The position numbers and the translations under genes were made by a program. From NCBI GenBank assembly GCA_051294375.1, contig CM119264.1, positions 13,846,813 through 13,910,812 on the forward strand: a DNA stretch of 64,000 nucleotides, read 5' to 3'. Source of the stretch: Paraspadella gotoi (Eukaryota > Animalia > Chaetognatha). The number at the start of each line of letters is the position of its first letter. The first letter of the stretch is position 1. This document shows positions 1 to 24,172 of the stretch, one piece after another. The notes below the pieces were generated by a model. The model saw only the letters and a list, made by a program, of their open reading frames with translations. It ran no database searches and was not told the DNA's origin.

Positions 1-2
1 AA

Positions 3-11788
<11,786 letters not shown>

Positions 11789-11949
11789 CGACAACTATAA
11801 CTAAGACCTTCAAAGACAAGAGGTGTCACTTACGAGGTCAAGATTTAAACACCTCTATGTACAAGATCTATGTTTAAATCGTGAGAGAACAATCTAATGA
11901 TTAGTCCAATAGCGTAATAGACGAATGTTTTTAAAATGAGCAACGACCA

Positions 11950-11955
11950 AATAAA
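11950..11955 (+). terminator. Candidate polyadenylation signal of SARM1
   Basis: AATAAA about 160 nt after the stop at 11788, followed by a T-rich tract. Confidence 0.4.
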
Positions 11956-12420
11956 CTGTTATTTTTTTTTTGTCGCCCAATAGTATTTATTTTGTTCTGA
12001 GTTAATATAAACAATAACGAAAACAAGCGGCGTTCACCTATTTATTTAAAAAAAAAAAACAGTTTACAAGAAACCTAAATTTTTTTTATATTTTTGAGAT
12101 CGATTATTTTTAAATAAAAATCTTCGTCTCCAATTCGGTGAAATAAAATTTATCAAATAATAGGTTCTTAAATAAATTATAAAAGCCAATTTCAATTTGT
12201 AAACGATCGCGGAAACGGAACGAGATAATACCGGTGACCGAATCGAAAAAATGGAAATGGATCGAAAGGTCAGAAAAGAGTCTCGGGGTCAAACAAGGAC
12301 GCGCATTCAGTCAAGGTCGCCGGTTGGAATTGAAGAGACCCTGGCTTTAAGAGTTGGCTCCGGGTAAGGAGTAAAAGGGTGAGTGACCTTAGGCGCCCTG
12401 GCTTTCTCCGATCACTGGGA

Positions 12421-12815
12421 ATATATTAAGGTATTGGAATTAAAAAGAAAAGATTGAAAGATTATATTGATTGGCTGATTAAGAAACTAGATATGTACAT
12501 CTTTTCGTAGCTTAAGACTTAATGTAGCATATATTATAGAATATATTATAGAATATATTAAGGTATTGCCTATTGGAAATAAAAAGAAAAGATTGAAAGA
12601 TTATATTGATTGGCTGATTAAGAAACTAGATATGTACATCTTTTCGTAGCTTAAGACTTAATGTAGCATATATTATAGAATATATTATAGAATATATTAA
12701 GGTATTGCCTATTGGAAATAAAAAGAAAAGATTGAAAGGTTATATTGATTGGCTGATTAAGAAACTAGATATGTACATCTTTTCGTAGCTTAAGACATAA
12801 TGTAGCATATATATT
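12421..12815. repeat. Tandem repeat, ~132-139 bp unit x3
   Basis: Copies start near 12421, 12553 and 12692 (atatattaaggtattg...gattggctgattaagaaactagatatgtacatcttttcgtagcttaagac) and are nearly identical. Confidence 0.92.
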
Positions 12816-13365
12816 GGTTGTACCAATTTCATATTAATTTGCGAATTATTTCCAATTATACCAGTTCCTTGCCAAAACTGATAAAATAAAATATGAAGGA
12901 AAAAGGGCATACAAAAGGCAATCAGATCCCTGATCATGAAGTCTTTTCTTAAACAGGAACATATCTGAATCATGTTTATAAAGTTTCAAAAGTAAAAAAT
13001 TCCTTTCATTTATATAGAAAAATCAAGGTGGAAAATTTCTTTATCGCGGAGTAGTCTAGTTCTCCTGGCTCGTTTGATCTAAAAAAGTTGGTCAATTACT
13101 AAGCGAAAAAAAATGCGAGCTCTTCAGACGCAACGCTCTCGGAATCGTGCGTTTTTACAGCTATTTTTTAATTTTACCCCAATTTTTCACTAGGGCGTTT
13201 ATAAAGTTTGGTAGTAAGATTTAAACGTTAAAAAATATTTCAATATTTCTCGAAGATACGAAGACTTCTACGTTGCTTATGTTGGTACGAATTTTAAATT
13301 TGTTAACTGCTGAAAGAAGAACATTAAAAAAATCTTTATTTAGCTAATTTTTTGAGAAAAAAATA

Positions 13366-16300
13366 ATGGCTGGGAAACGAGTCGATTTTCCAGTCTTAAA
13401 AACGTCAGGGCCGCCGTATAACAAAAGAACACTTCTCGCCAACGCTAAGTATTTCGCCCCTTACCCATCGATGGCCACTTGGATGCTGCAAGATAAACCT
13501 TACCAGGGAAGAAGGAGAAAGCCCGGAAGATTGGGCGTGCCCAGCCGAAGCTCTGTAAGACGATAAAAAAAGACCAGCGAAAACATTTTATTTGATAGAT
13601 AAGCCCTTGACGTTTTATTTTTAAATTAATTATCATTAACAACTTTAAATCTATTTTCCAGCAAAGGTGGTAAAATCTCCAAGTTGTCGGCGAAAAGCAT
13701 TTGTTAAAAATCAAGTGCAATTTGATTGGGTTTTTGAGACCCGAGTACAGATATAATAGTCCATAAACCTTTTGGTGCCTGGGAGGGTAAATCTCGAGCC
13801 TTTATTGAAATTATTCTAGCAGGCTGATACAACTATGATCAAGAATCCTTGTCTGTGCCAAAAGGATTATTGGCAAGATGAAGATGGGTACCCACTGCCT
13901 AGAATTATACTGTCTTTCCTAGAAAAACTGAATAACTAGAAGTGGGTTATGGTCAATGGTCAATTTTAAAGAATAGGTAGTTTAAGTAGGATAGAGTGGT
14001 CACTGGTCAGTGCATCACAGCATCTACTGCATTTACCTTAATTTTTACAGAAAAAAACAGTTCCAGAAGTGTGCATATCCCTTAGCCATTCTGAGGGTCC
14101 AACCTGTGACATCTTGATATTTTCTTGTGGTAATTCATCACTGGAAAGGCAGTATTCGACTTTTGTAATGATAAAAAATCAGAATTATGGGTCATGGTTT
14201 TTTGCTTCATGAAGAATAATTAATTTCTTCTAAAGATGCCGAATGGACATTTTAAAAGCGTCAATGATTTTTCTATCAAATAGTAGCAAAAATTTTATTT
14301 ATTGGCATACAGTTTACGTGTAATTAATTTTTATTTAGTAGCAGACGATTTGGCTCACGGTGTACGTATTTTTATTTCTAGAGAACGGTCGAATCCCAAT
14401 GGCGGGGAAATTTGTTGACGCGATCGGAACCGGATGTAGACGTTTTGCGACAATGGAATATCCGGGAGAGAATTGGGGGTTGGGGTACCAAGGCTAAGAA
14501 AATAAAAGAGAGGTCCAAGAAAGGTGCGTAGAGGTGGTTTATTTTGTAGTTTTTAGAACAGAGATAGCTTGATCCGAGAGGATGAGAGAGAGAATTATAG
14601 GTGGATAAAGAGATCGAGAAGAGCTTGAATAGTGGTTTGTGTTTCAAAACTTCTAACTTAAAAGTTAACTTGCAATTTGCCCATCAGCTCCTTCGATAGA
14701 AAGCAAAGTCGTCCAGCATGTGATTAGTTTGGAATCTGCGCCGACGGTGCAAGTCCTTGCGGAGGAGGAAGAAGAAAAGGAGGAGGAGGCCGAAGAGATC
14801 GAGGAAGAGGTGGAGGAACCCGAGAGAGAAGAAGAATCGGAGGAAGAAATGATAGCGGAAGAAATAGAGGAAGAGATTCCGGAGGAGGTAGAAGAAGAGG
14901 AAAAGGAGGAAGCGGCTGAGGAGGAAATCATAGAGGAGGTTTTGGAGGAAGCTCCGGCGGCGATCGAGGAACCGGAAAAGGAGGAAGAGAAAAGTGAGGA
15001 AGAAATAATAGAAAGGAAAGAGGAAATGGAGGAAAAGGAAGAGGACGGAGACGGAGATAGAGTTGAGAGAGAAAAGGAGGAAATCGAAGAAGAGATAGAG
15101 ACGGATTTGGGAGAAAGAGATTTAGTGGAGATAGAAGGACCGGCGGAAGAAGAGCCGCAAGAAGCCGTAGTGGAGGAAGGCCCAGCTGAGGAAGCTCCTG
15201 CGGAAGAAGCTCCTGAGGAAGAAGCTCCTGAGGAAGAAGCTCCTGCGGTTGCTATCGATGATGGAGCAGAAGGAGAGGAGGTTAAACCCGATGCCGTTAA
15301 AGAAGAAGTCGAAGCCGAAGAAGTGGAGGAGGATGAGGATAAGGACAGGAGATGGGGACTTCGAGGACCGTGGAGGACTCAGGCCGGAGCCATTAGATCC
15401 AACATCAAGTGAGTCGTCGTTTCAGGTTTATGTTGAAAGTTATGTCTTATCTCTTTTCTGACATTTTACGATTTTTTATATAATTACTGTTCTTTGATGT
15501 GTAAGGCGGGCCAAAATTGATCACTTTTTATAAATTCTCTCAAAAAATTTTTTTTCCTTCTTTTACTAAGCATGGTTCCCTAGATACCCCGTAAAAGAAA
15601 ATGGAATTAACACATTTTTGAAACACAAAAAAATTAGTTCATTGGGCTGTTGCACTGAAGCTTTAAAATATTTATTAATATATAACAAATGAAAAAATAA
15701 AATTTTGAAATTTATTTTTTAAAAACGAATTCCTATAAAACTTGAAAAGTTAAATAAAAGTTAGTACTATAATTTTTTTAAATTTTGACAATAAATTGGC
15801 TAAAAATAGAAAAAAACCTTAAAAAATCATCATCATCATCATTGGCTGAATTTTATGTTTTTTTAAAATTTTCATCAATAAAACAAAACAATTTTTAAAA
15901 AATTGTAATAATAACCTTTATCTAACTTTTAAAGCTCTATCAGAATCTATTAAAAAAAAATTGATCTTATTAGGTCGCGTGTTGATGTTGCCACAATATA
16001 GTAATAAAATAATTTTTAAATGCTTCCGTGCGCTCATCAATAAGACAAATTGTAAAAATTATTTTCATTTTCATATTCTCTAACATTACCTTTTATCTAT
16101 TTTAGAGAACTTCTATTTTTCTACCTGTTCCGGCCTAATGATGAGTCTTTTTCAATCGCCAGACTCTCGGTGGCCGCTTCGGACCCCAGCGAAGACGCTG
16201 AGGCCGCCAAATTCCAAGACATGAACAAGAAACGGAGCAGCGTCGTCGTCGCCGTCGACGCAAAGAAGAGCAGCGTCGCCGAGCATGACGGCCGCAGAGA

Positions 16301-16502
16301 CGCTGGAGCTGAAAGGCGCCGCAGCAGCACTCTGGCCGTGGAAGGAAGACGGAGCAGCACCGCGGCCTTGGATCGGCGCCGCAGCAGCACCGTGGCGCAG
16401 TCGGCCGACCCGTCGGATCGAGAGGTCGGAGGTCAAAGAAGTCAGCAACAGACGGCGTTGGCGCGGCAAAGGAGCAGTCTGGCTGGGAAGGGGGGGAGTT
16501 GA
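13366..16502 (+). CDS. Uncharacterised Glu-rich protein, paralogue A (463 aa, 4 exons)
   Basis: Exons 13366..13554, 14382..14523, 14688..15408, 16163..16502 (intron phases 0, 1, 2; 1392 nt). Exon structure and peptide blocks are shared with paralogue B, with many synonymous differences. Confidence 0.9.
15500..16140. mobile_element. ~640-bp AT-rich dispersed repeat (putative non-autonomous DNA element), copy 1
   Basis: Colinear with 41899..42538 from gtaaggcgggccaaaat through atcatcatcatcatt and aatgcttccgtgcgct to ctgttccggc(c)taatg. Absent from the equivalent short intron of paralogue B. Confidence 0.7.
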
Positions 16503-17095
16503 ACCGGATCTCTTCCGGCTGGACTGCAGGATGGAGTCGTAAATTTGAGTACATTTAGTATTAGTATCAGTATTTAGTCGTAAAAATTTGGATTACTCCA
16601 GCAAAGATTACTATATATTTCTTTTGTAGTTTTAGAAATGAAATTTTTGAACTTTCTATGTATTGTAGTAGAAATTTTATAGCTAAAAATATTTTTTGAA
16701 AATATGCTTACAATTTGTTACTTTAAATACTAAAGAGCTTAATTGTTGGCTCGAATGATACCTTTTTAAAAACGAAATAAATGTATTGTAGAAAGATTAT
16801 TCGGTTGTTTTTCTGTCTATGCTACTCCTTTTGAAAAACCAGAGAGAAAAGACCGAAGCTCAAGTTAGAAAAAGATTAAACTAAGGAATTGTTAGAAGCT
16901 ACATGTGAGTTACAATTGAAACAATTACAATTACTATTGAATCTTGAAATATTTTACTACTTACTAGGACACTTCCACTACAAATTGCTATCCATTCACA
17001 AAAAGACTGAAAATAAATAAATTAAAACAAACTTTGCCATCCTTAAAAATTTCAATAAACAAACTACCTTTAGTCCATTTAATAGCCATATCATC

Positions 17096-19039
17096 ATGCC
17101 AGAATTTCCAGTTTTAAAAACCTCGGGACCTCCTTACAACAAACGAACCATTCTTGCGACAGCCAAATACTTTTCGCCTTACCCGTCAGCGGCCACGTGG
17201 ATGCTGGAAAAGAAGCCTTACCAAGGGAGGATGAGAAAACCTGGAAAACTGGGCATTCCGAATAGAAGTGCGGTAGGTCCGGGAAAATGGCGAGTTATTA
17301 CTTCAAGCATATCAATTTACAACCTTAACTTTTGTATGGCTTTTTCATATTCGCCGGTTTTTTTTGATAATACATTTTTTAAAAATTTGGAACCGTATTA
17401 TAGTCAATGGTTGAATCTCAATGGCGCGGAAATCTATTGACGAGAGCTAATCCTGACGTCGACGTTTTGCGGCAATGGAACATCCGAGAGCGGATTGCGG
17501 GCTGGGGGAGCAAGCCTAAGAAAATAAAGCCAAAAAAAGGTAACATTATGACAACAGCCAGATTGTCCATGGTGCCCACTGCCCAGCTGTAAGGGGCATT
17601 TCCCCTGCTGGCGTTGGGGGCTTCGAACGCTCAGTGACACCCCGTGCCACCGCCGAGGTTACACCGGGAAGTCGATATGACTGTGGAGTATGGAGGGAAT
17701 GTCCGTTTGGGATGGCGCTTCCCCCCGCTCTGACCCGGGGATTGGGCGAATGAGGTTGGAGGTGAGTGGGAGTTAGTAAAACTGAGTATAGCCCCAAAAA
17801 TTAAAAACAAAAAGCATAAAAATTGGCACTATTTAACGTAAAAAACGAATCACTCTCTCTCGCTTCTCAGTGCCTTCAATCGAAATCGAAGAACCGGCTC
17901 GCTTCATCCTCGTAGAAGAGGAGGAAGAGGAGGAAATTCTGGAGAGGATCGAGGAGGAAGTACCGGAAGCGGAGGAGAAGGAGGAAGAAACGAAAGAGGA
18001 GGAAAAAGAAGAAGAAAATATCGAAGAAGAAAAACCGGCGGAAGTCGTGGAGGAACAAATAGAGGAAGAGATCGAAGCGGAGGCCGCTCCCGCCGCAAAG
18101 GAGGAGGAAGAGGAAGAGGAAGAGAAGATCGAGGAATTGATTGAGATAGTGAAGGAGGAAGCCCCGGCGCCGGCCGCGGTAGAGGCGCCCGCCAAAGTGG
18201 AGGAAAAGAAGGAAGCGAAGAAAGAGGAAAAGGAAGAAAAGGAAGCGGACGATCGCGATCGAGGATTAAAGGAGAAAGAAAAAGAGAAAGAACCGGAACC
18301 GGAACGAGAACCGGAACCGGAACGAGAACCGGAATGGGACGCAGGCCCGGCGGAGGAAGCGCCGGAGGAAGCGCCGGAGGAGCGAGCTCCAGATGTGGAA
18401 GCTTCGATGGAACAGGGCCCCGCGGAAGAAGCTGCAGCTGCGGAAGCAGAACAAGAAGAAGAAGCTCCGCCCGAAGAAGAGAAGAAGGCCGAGGAGAAAG
18501 TTGAGGAGGAGAAGAAAGAAGAGGAAGCTGGAGAGGAAGAGGCTGACGATGGGGATGATAAAGACAGAAGATGGGGACTACGTGGTCCATGGAGAACTCA
18601 ACAAGGCGCCATCAGATCGAACGTCAAGTGAGTGATTAACTTGCATTACTTTGCGAGACTGAATTTACAAATTTAGAGACGAGCAAGAACTGAATTGGTT
18701 CCATCTATAAATGTTCTCTTCCTCTCTAGATTGTCGGTCGCCACTTCCGAAACCGACGAAGACGCCGAAGCCGAGAGATTCCGGCAGATGAACGTCCGGC
18801 GCAGCAGCGTCGCCGTCGTCGTCGCGCAGAAGCCCGAAGATCAAGGCCGCGGCGGCGCCGTGGAACGGCGACGCAGCAGCACGGTCGCGGTCGAAGGACG
18901 TCGGAGCAGCACCGCGGCGACGCTGGACCGAAAACGAAGCGGCGCCGCGGCGTCGGAAACGGGGTCGGGTGGCGCAGCGGAGGCCCGCGGCAGTCGGGCG
19001 TCGCTTGGGCGACGGCGGAGCAGTGTGGCGCGGCAGTGA
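17096..19039 (+). CDS. Uncharacterised Glu-rich protein, paralogue B (459 aa, 4 exons)
   Basis: Exons 17096..17272, 17404..17539, 17871..18627, 18730..19039 (intron phases 0, 1, 2; 1380 nt). Shares FPVLKTSGPPYNKRT, VESQWRGNLLTR..DVDVLRQWNIRERI and DKDRRWGLRGPWRTQ.GAIRSN.KLSVA with paralogue A. Confidence 0.9.
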
Positions 19040-20092
19040 TTTTTCGATCATCGTTTTACAAATTGAGGGTATTCGGCTGAGTCGTGAAAGGGAAGTGATA
19101 ATGGGAATCTTTTAGCGAATGATTTTAAAAATTTCACGGTATTAGTAGGTACTAGTACTGAATATTTTTAAAAAAATAAGTAGTATGACTGTCTAGAATC
19201 GTTTAAATTAGAATAAATCGTGTAATATTGTAACAAAATAACTAATATTTTAAGTGTTGAAGTAGGTGACTTTTTGGAGAAATACTTTTTTTGGAAATGA
19301 AACCAGTCTTGGCTTTTCTACTGATTCGCCACGTACTTAAGCCGACGTACATTTGGAGATGCCTGGAATTGACTGTTTACCAACTTAACAAGCATAATCA
19401 TTAATCAATACTGAACATAAAAGACTGCAATGGTTTTCTTTTGAACGATTAAAGGGAGGAACAGCTCATGACAAATAATACTTAATAAGTAACAATTACA
19501 AGAAATACATGAATCATTATCACAGCGAAAAAATATTCATAACTATTAAAAAAAAAACATTTTTTGAAACAACAAAACTTTTTTCAAATCTTTTCACAAC
19601 CCATTCTTTTTCACGTATCGATTTAATGCTAAAATTTAGGATACGAAAAAATATTTTCTTCGTCCGTATTTTTCGTAATATCCAAATCGGATCATTCCGT
19701 TTCTTCAATTTTCTTTTTCTTCAATTTCGACTCGCCGACTTAAAGGCGAAAGACAACCAAACTCAGCTTTTTAAATTAAAATTGTGAAAATAAATAATAT
19801 GAGAAATACAAATGCGAGGATCTTTTCCAACTCGGGAGATTCTCTAATCTCTAGTCTCCAGGATATCAAGGATCTCGTTGAGAGTAATCTGCGAGAAGTC
19901 TTTAAAAAAAAACCGCTCTTCTTATTTGTAAATATTTCTTTCATTCAATTGCCCAATTGCCCATTTTGAAAAAAAAAATTATCTTATTTTAGTTTTTGAA
20001 AACTCCTTCTATCTCCTCCCACTTCTCTTAATTTATAACTTTTCTCCAGCAACTTCCCTCCCCACGCTTTCCTCCTCCCTCTCTCCCCTTCC

Positions 20093-23000
20093 TTAAAACG
20101 GTTCCACGTTGAAATGATCCAGAGTGGCCCTTGCCGTGTCGAGAGTCCTGGCCTTGAGACTTCCGCCCGGGTCGACGCCCCTAAGGAGATCGCAGGCGTC
20201 ACCGTCGCCGCATCCTTCGCTCATCTGCTCGAGATCGCGTTTGAGCGGAAGCGTGGAGGCGGCGCCGAGGTGGCCGAGGGGCGTGGCGGCGAGGAGCGGC
20301 AAGGTGGCGCCGAAGTCGATCACGTGAGATAGGGGCGAGGGGGCGAAGGTGGTCAGAGTGGATTCCAGGTGGCGGCGATGATCTCTGTAGAAATGGGGAG
20401 GGGGGGAAAGAAAGGAATAATTTTTTTCTCTTTTTTGCTCCTTTTTGCTCCTCATCGATCCATTTCTCATTTTTCAATCATTAACAATAACTTCTCTTCT
20501 TTTGTTCCTTTATAACGTTCCCGACTTTTTATCCCCTTTCCATCACCATACTTTTCGCTCCTCATTTTCGCCCACTCACCCCCGCTCCTCTTTCGCTCCC
20601 CCTCCCCCTTCGAGTGCGAGGGACTGGAGCTCGTAGTCATCCAGAGCCAAAATCCTGTGATTCGCCGACGGCGTCGACAGCGACGCCGTCTGACACAGAA
20701 ACGGCGACGACGTCATCAGCAGGCGATTGTTTCTCACGATTCCGGCGCCGGACGTGACGCCGCCGGCGCCGACGCTCGCAGCGCTGACGCCGCCGATGCC
20801 GCCGAAGCCGCCGATGCCGCGGCCGACGCGGGAGAGGTGCCGCCGCCGCCGACGCCCGAGTTGTTTGGCCTTTTTTCGCGAAAATTGAGAGGAAATGAAG
20901 GAGGAGGTGGGGGAGGGAAGGAAGGAGGTGGGAGGGAGGAAGTTGGGGAGGGAAGGGAAGGAGGTTGGGGGAGGAAGGGAAGGAGGTTGGGGGAGGGAAG
21001 GGGAGGAGGTTTGGGGAGGGAAGGGAAGGAGGTTTGGGGGAGGGAAGGGGAGGAGAAAAGAGAATGGGAGGAAGGGAGAGATTGAGAGGAGAAGGAGAAG
21101 GGGGAAAATGGATGATGCAGAAAAAGGTTAGGAAAGGAAGGCGACGAAGCAGAAAGGAAAAGAGAGAAGAAAGTGAAAGAAGAAGGGAGAAAGTGAAAGA
21201 AGAAGGGAGAAAGTGAAAGAAGAAGTGAGAAAGTGATAGAAGAAGGGAGAAAGTGAAAGAAGAAGTGAGAAAGTGAAAGAAGAAGGGAGAAAATGAAAGA
21301 AGAAGTGAGGAAGTGAAAGAAGACGGGAGAAAGTGAAAGAAGACCGGAGAAAGTGAAAGAAGAAGGGAGAAAGTGAGAGAAGAAGTGAGAAAGTGAAAGA
21401 ATCCCAGGAAAGGGAAGAAGTGGATGAAATCAAGAGTGAAGTTGGATGAACTCGGAATGAAGATTGAAAAAAAAAAGAGAAGAAGAAAACGAGGAGAAAA
21501 AGAGCGGGGAAAAGAAAGAAAGAAAAAACCAAATGGAATTAATATAAGCGAGTACAAAAGTCGGAGCAATGTTTCCTTTTTCCCTCCAAAGCAAAAAAAA
21601 AAACGTGTTTCATAAAACACAATCCGACATGCGAGCGCTCACCCGACCAACCTTTTTCTTTTTTCTCTCTTTCCCTTTCTAAGAAGAATTCCCTTTTTTT
21701 TCCTTACCCTGTTCCCCGACCCTACTCATTCTCCCGGAAACGGAGAAAACGGCAAAAGTGACTATTTGACTGTTCGACGGAAGAAAATGAATAATTCCGG
21801 CTCCAATCTTTGAAACCAAATTGAATTCTGTCAACTTCAGCAAACTTTTTTTTTCTCTCTTTCATTTTTTTTTTTACTTGTCGACATTTTTCGCGCGTTT
21901 CTCTCTTCGTTTCTTTTGTCTCTCTGTTTCTATTCATCGCTTTTTCTCAGAGACTCAAAGATTGTTTTTTTTTTTTTTTTTTTTTTGTCCTCTGAGATTG
22001 AGAAGCTTTGTTTTCTAGTTTATTCGCAGAAGTGAAAACTGTTTCGCGTGCGAGACTTTTTTTGGTTTCCCTTGATCCTTAATGATCATGGAGGCATGGT
22101 TTAACTTAGAGCTTGTAAACAATTTTTTAACTTGTTACGAATTGGCCATTCGTCGACTTATATTATTACGTAAAAAAAAACGATTAAAAACAAATCAAAC
22201 TCTGTTCCAAAACAAAAGTCTGGAAAATAATAAATATATAAGCAACCATAACCGAGTTAAGCGAAGCATCTGAGATCTCCATTTCAATTTCTTGTTCACT
22301 CTCCAACCACGTCTTCCCCCCCAAAGTGTCAACGTCATTTCTTTGTTAGACTCTAAGACTCAAAAAAAAGGAAAAGAAATTTGAACTCGTAAGAGAAAAC
22401 CTAGTGTTTCTGGAGAAGAAAATGAGGTTTTCAGCGATTAAAGAAGGAAGATCGCTGAGACGCACTAACGAGAATAACTATAAAAGAACGAAAAAAATTT
22501 AAACATCAGTTAAAATTTCAAATATTAAGAAAAGTTGTCTCTAAATGCGCAAAAAGAATAGGGAATTTATATTCTCTATGTTCTTCTCACAAACATAGCT
22601 TTATTCACCACAGCAAAAACACCCCAAAAATTTTTACAGCAAAAAAATAAAGGCTTTTTATCTTCTCCACAGTAAACACTTCATTTCCCGCCGAAACGCG
22701 GAAACCCACAGGAAGAAAGAAGCGCAAATGGTCCGACCCTACGCTTCGAATAATTTGGTTTTTAAAGTTGATTACCATGAACGTTAAACGGAGCTAATTC
22801 TGAAAGTAATGCAAAGAATTTTGGGAGTGAAGTTTCGTGAATCAGTTAAATAAGTAATTTAAACTTAATAAAGAAAACAAAAAAGATTCTACCCATTTGC
22901 AACTCATTGCTTATAATTAGTGTATCATAAATAAAGTAATTTCTTCGGCGTTGCGCCGCAATAATAATACCATAATAATACCGCGGGAAAAGTATTACGA

Positions 23001-23672
23001 ACATTAAGCCGCTTTTTCTCCCTCTCCTCTCTTTTTCCTCCAGCGGAGCAGCCGTCGCGCGGAGAAATACCCCGACTTACGGGGGAAAAAAAGCGAATGA
23101 GATTTGCGTTTGTTTACTTCCGTCATTTTTCATGTTTACCTAATGAGGTCGTCGCCATTGGCGAGGATTTGCGCGCCATCCGGAGATGATTGAGTATTTG
23201 GCAGTGTAGCGGAGGATGCTGCGAAAATGGGAACCCATAGGTTTTTTTTTAAGAAGCGCGACATTTTTTTTTAATCTTTTTTTTTCCATGGAAAATGGAA
23301 AAAGAGTTTTGTTTTTGTTGTTACTTTTAAAGTGGACGAAACTCAGGAGGGAAAGAAAGTTTGGTATAAACCTAATTCAATTATCTTATCGCGTTCATCA
23401 GAAAACATTAGCGCGTTTGTTTGGGTTCGTTTCACGCGCCCCGAAGCTAATACATATAAACTATAAGGCTTCAATGAATCAGACCTAAAAAGGTTTTTCT
23501 CTCATAAAATTCTTCGGGTTCTTACCCTATTTTTTTTATCTTTCCTCACAACACAATAAAAAACAAAAAAAAAAAACGAACAAAAACAAAACAACAACAA
23601 CAAACAACAACAAACACGAACAACAACAACAACACAACAAACAACAACAACAACAACACAACAACAAACAAC

Positions 23673-23712
<40 letters not shown>

Positions 23713-23848
23713 CCCTACCTGCTTGAATGACGTAAGTATTTGGCCTGGCGGTGCGGCCCAGAGTGATGGACGGACCGAGAAAGGCCGAGGGAATCGAGGG
23801 TTCGGGATTTTGAAGCGGAGATGACAACAGCAGCGCCGCTTGAGAATG
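20093..23848 (-). CDS. 3' coding exons of a minus-strand gene, tentatively the cytoplasmic tail of the Ig-domain protein
   Basis: GC-rich blocks bounded by splice signals: 23848..23719, 20869..20580, 20384..20093, ending ..LDHFNVEPF*. One phase-consistent chain reads ILKRRCCCHLRFK..|AKQLGRRRRR..DDYELQSL..|DHRRHLES. Other frames are partly open, and a possible extra exon lies near 23218..23140. Confidence 0.5.
21161..21400. repeat. 20-bp purine-rich minisatellite (agaagggagaaagtgaaaga)
   Basis: About 12 slightly variant copies. Confidence 0.9.
23560..23713. repeat. (CAA)n-like microsatellite
   Basis: Imperfect trinucleotide run directly beyond a minus-strand splice donor. Confidence 0.9.
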
Positions 23849-24172
23849 CTGAGAAAAAAAAAGAGCATCAAGTTAGAGAGAAAACATAAGTTTCGTGCAA
23901 CGTTTTAATAGTTACAAAAATTTTTTAGAACAAATGTACGGGGAATTATGAAGAAAATAATTAGTCTTCTATTAAGTTTATAATTTGGTTTGAAACAAAG
24001 TTGTTACACTTACTGTTGTAAAACGTCTTTTTATCGTGGAGGCTCTATCGATTATTATTATTTTTTTTAAAAAATTCATATTTTTTTTTCTTGTTTATTT
24101 TTTTCCCTATAACTCCATTTCTCAGATTTTCAAAGGCAAACCTCCCTTGCACTTCAACCCTTTTCTCCTTCC

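Noticed and set aside
12421-12815. Possible CRISPR-like array
   Set aside because: Contiguous tandem units without unique spacers, in a eukaryotic context.
17600-17760. HDV-like ribozyme suggested by GGGCGAATGAGG
   Set aside because: I could not build the P1/P3/L3/P1.1 pseudoknot by eye.
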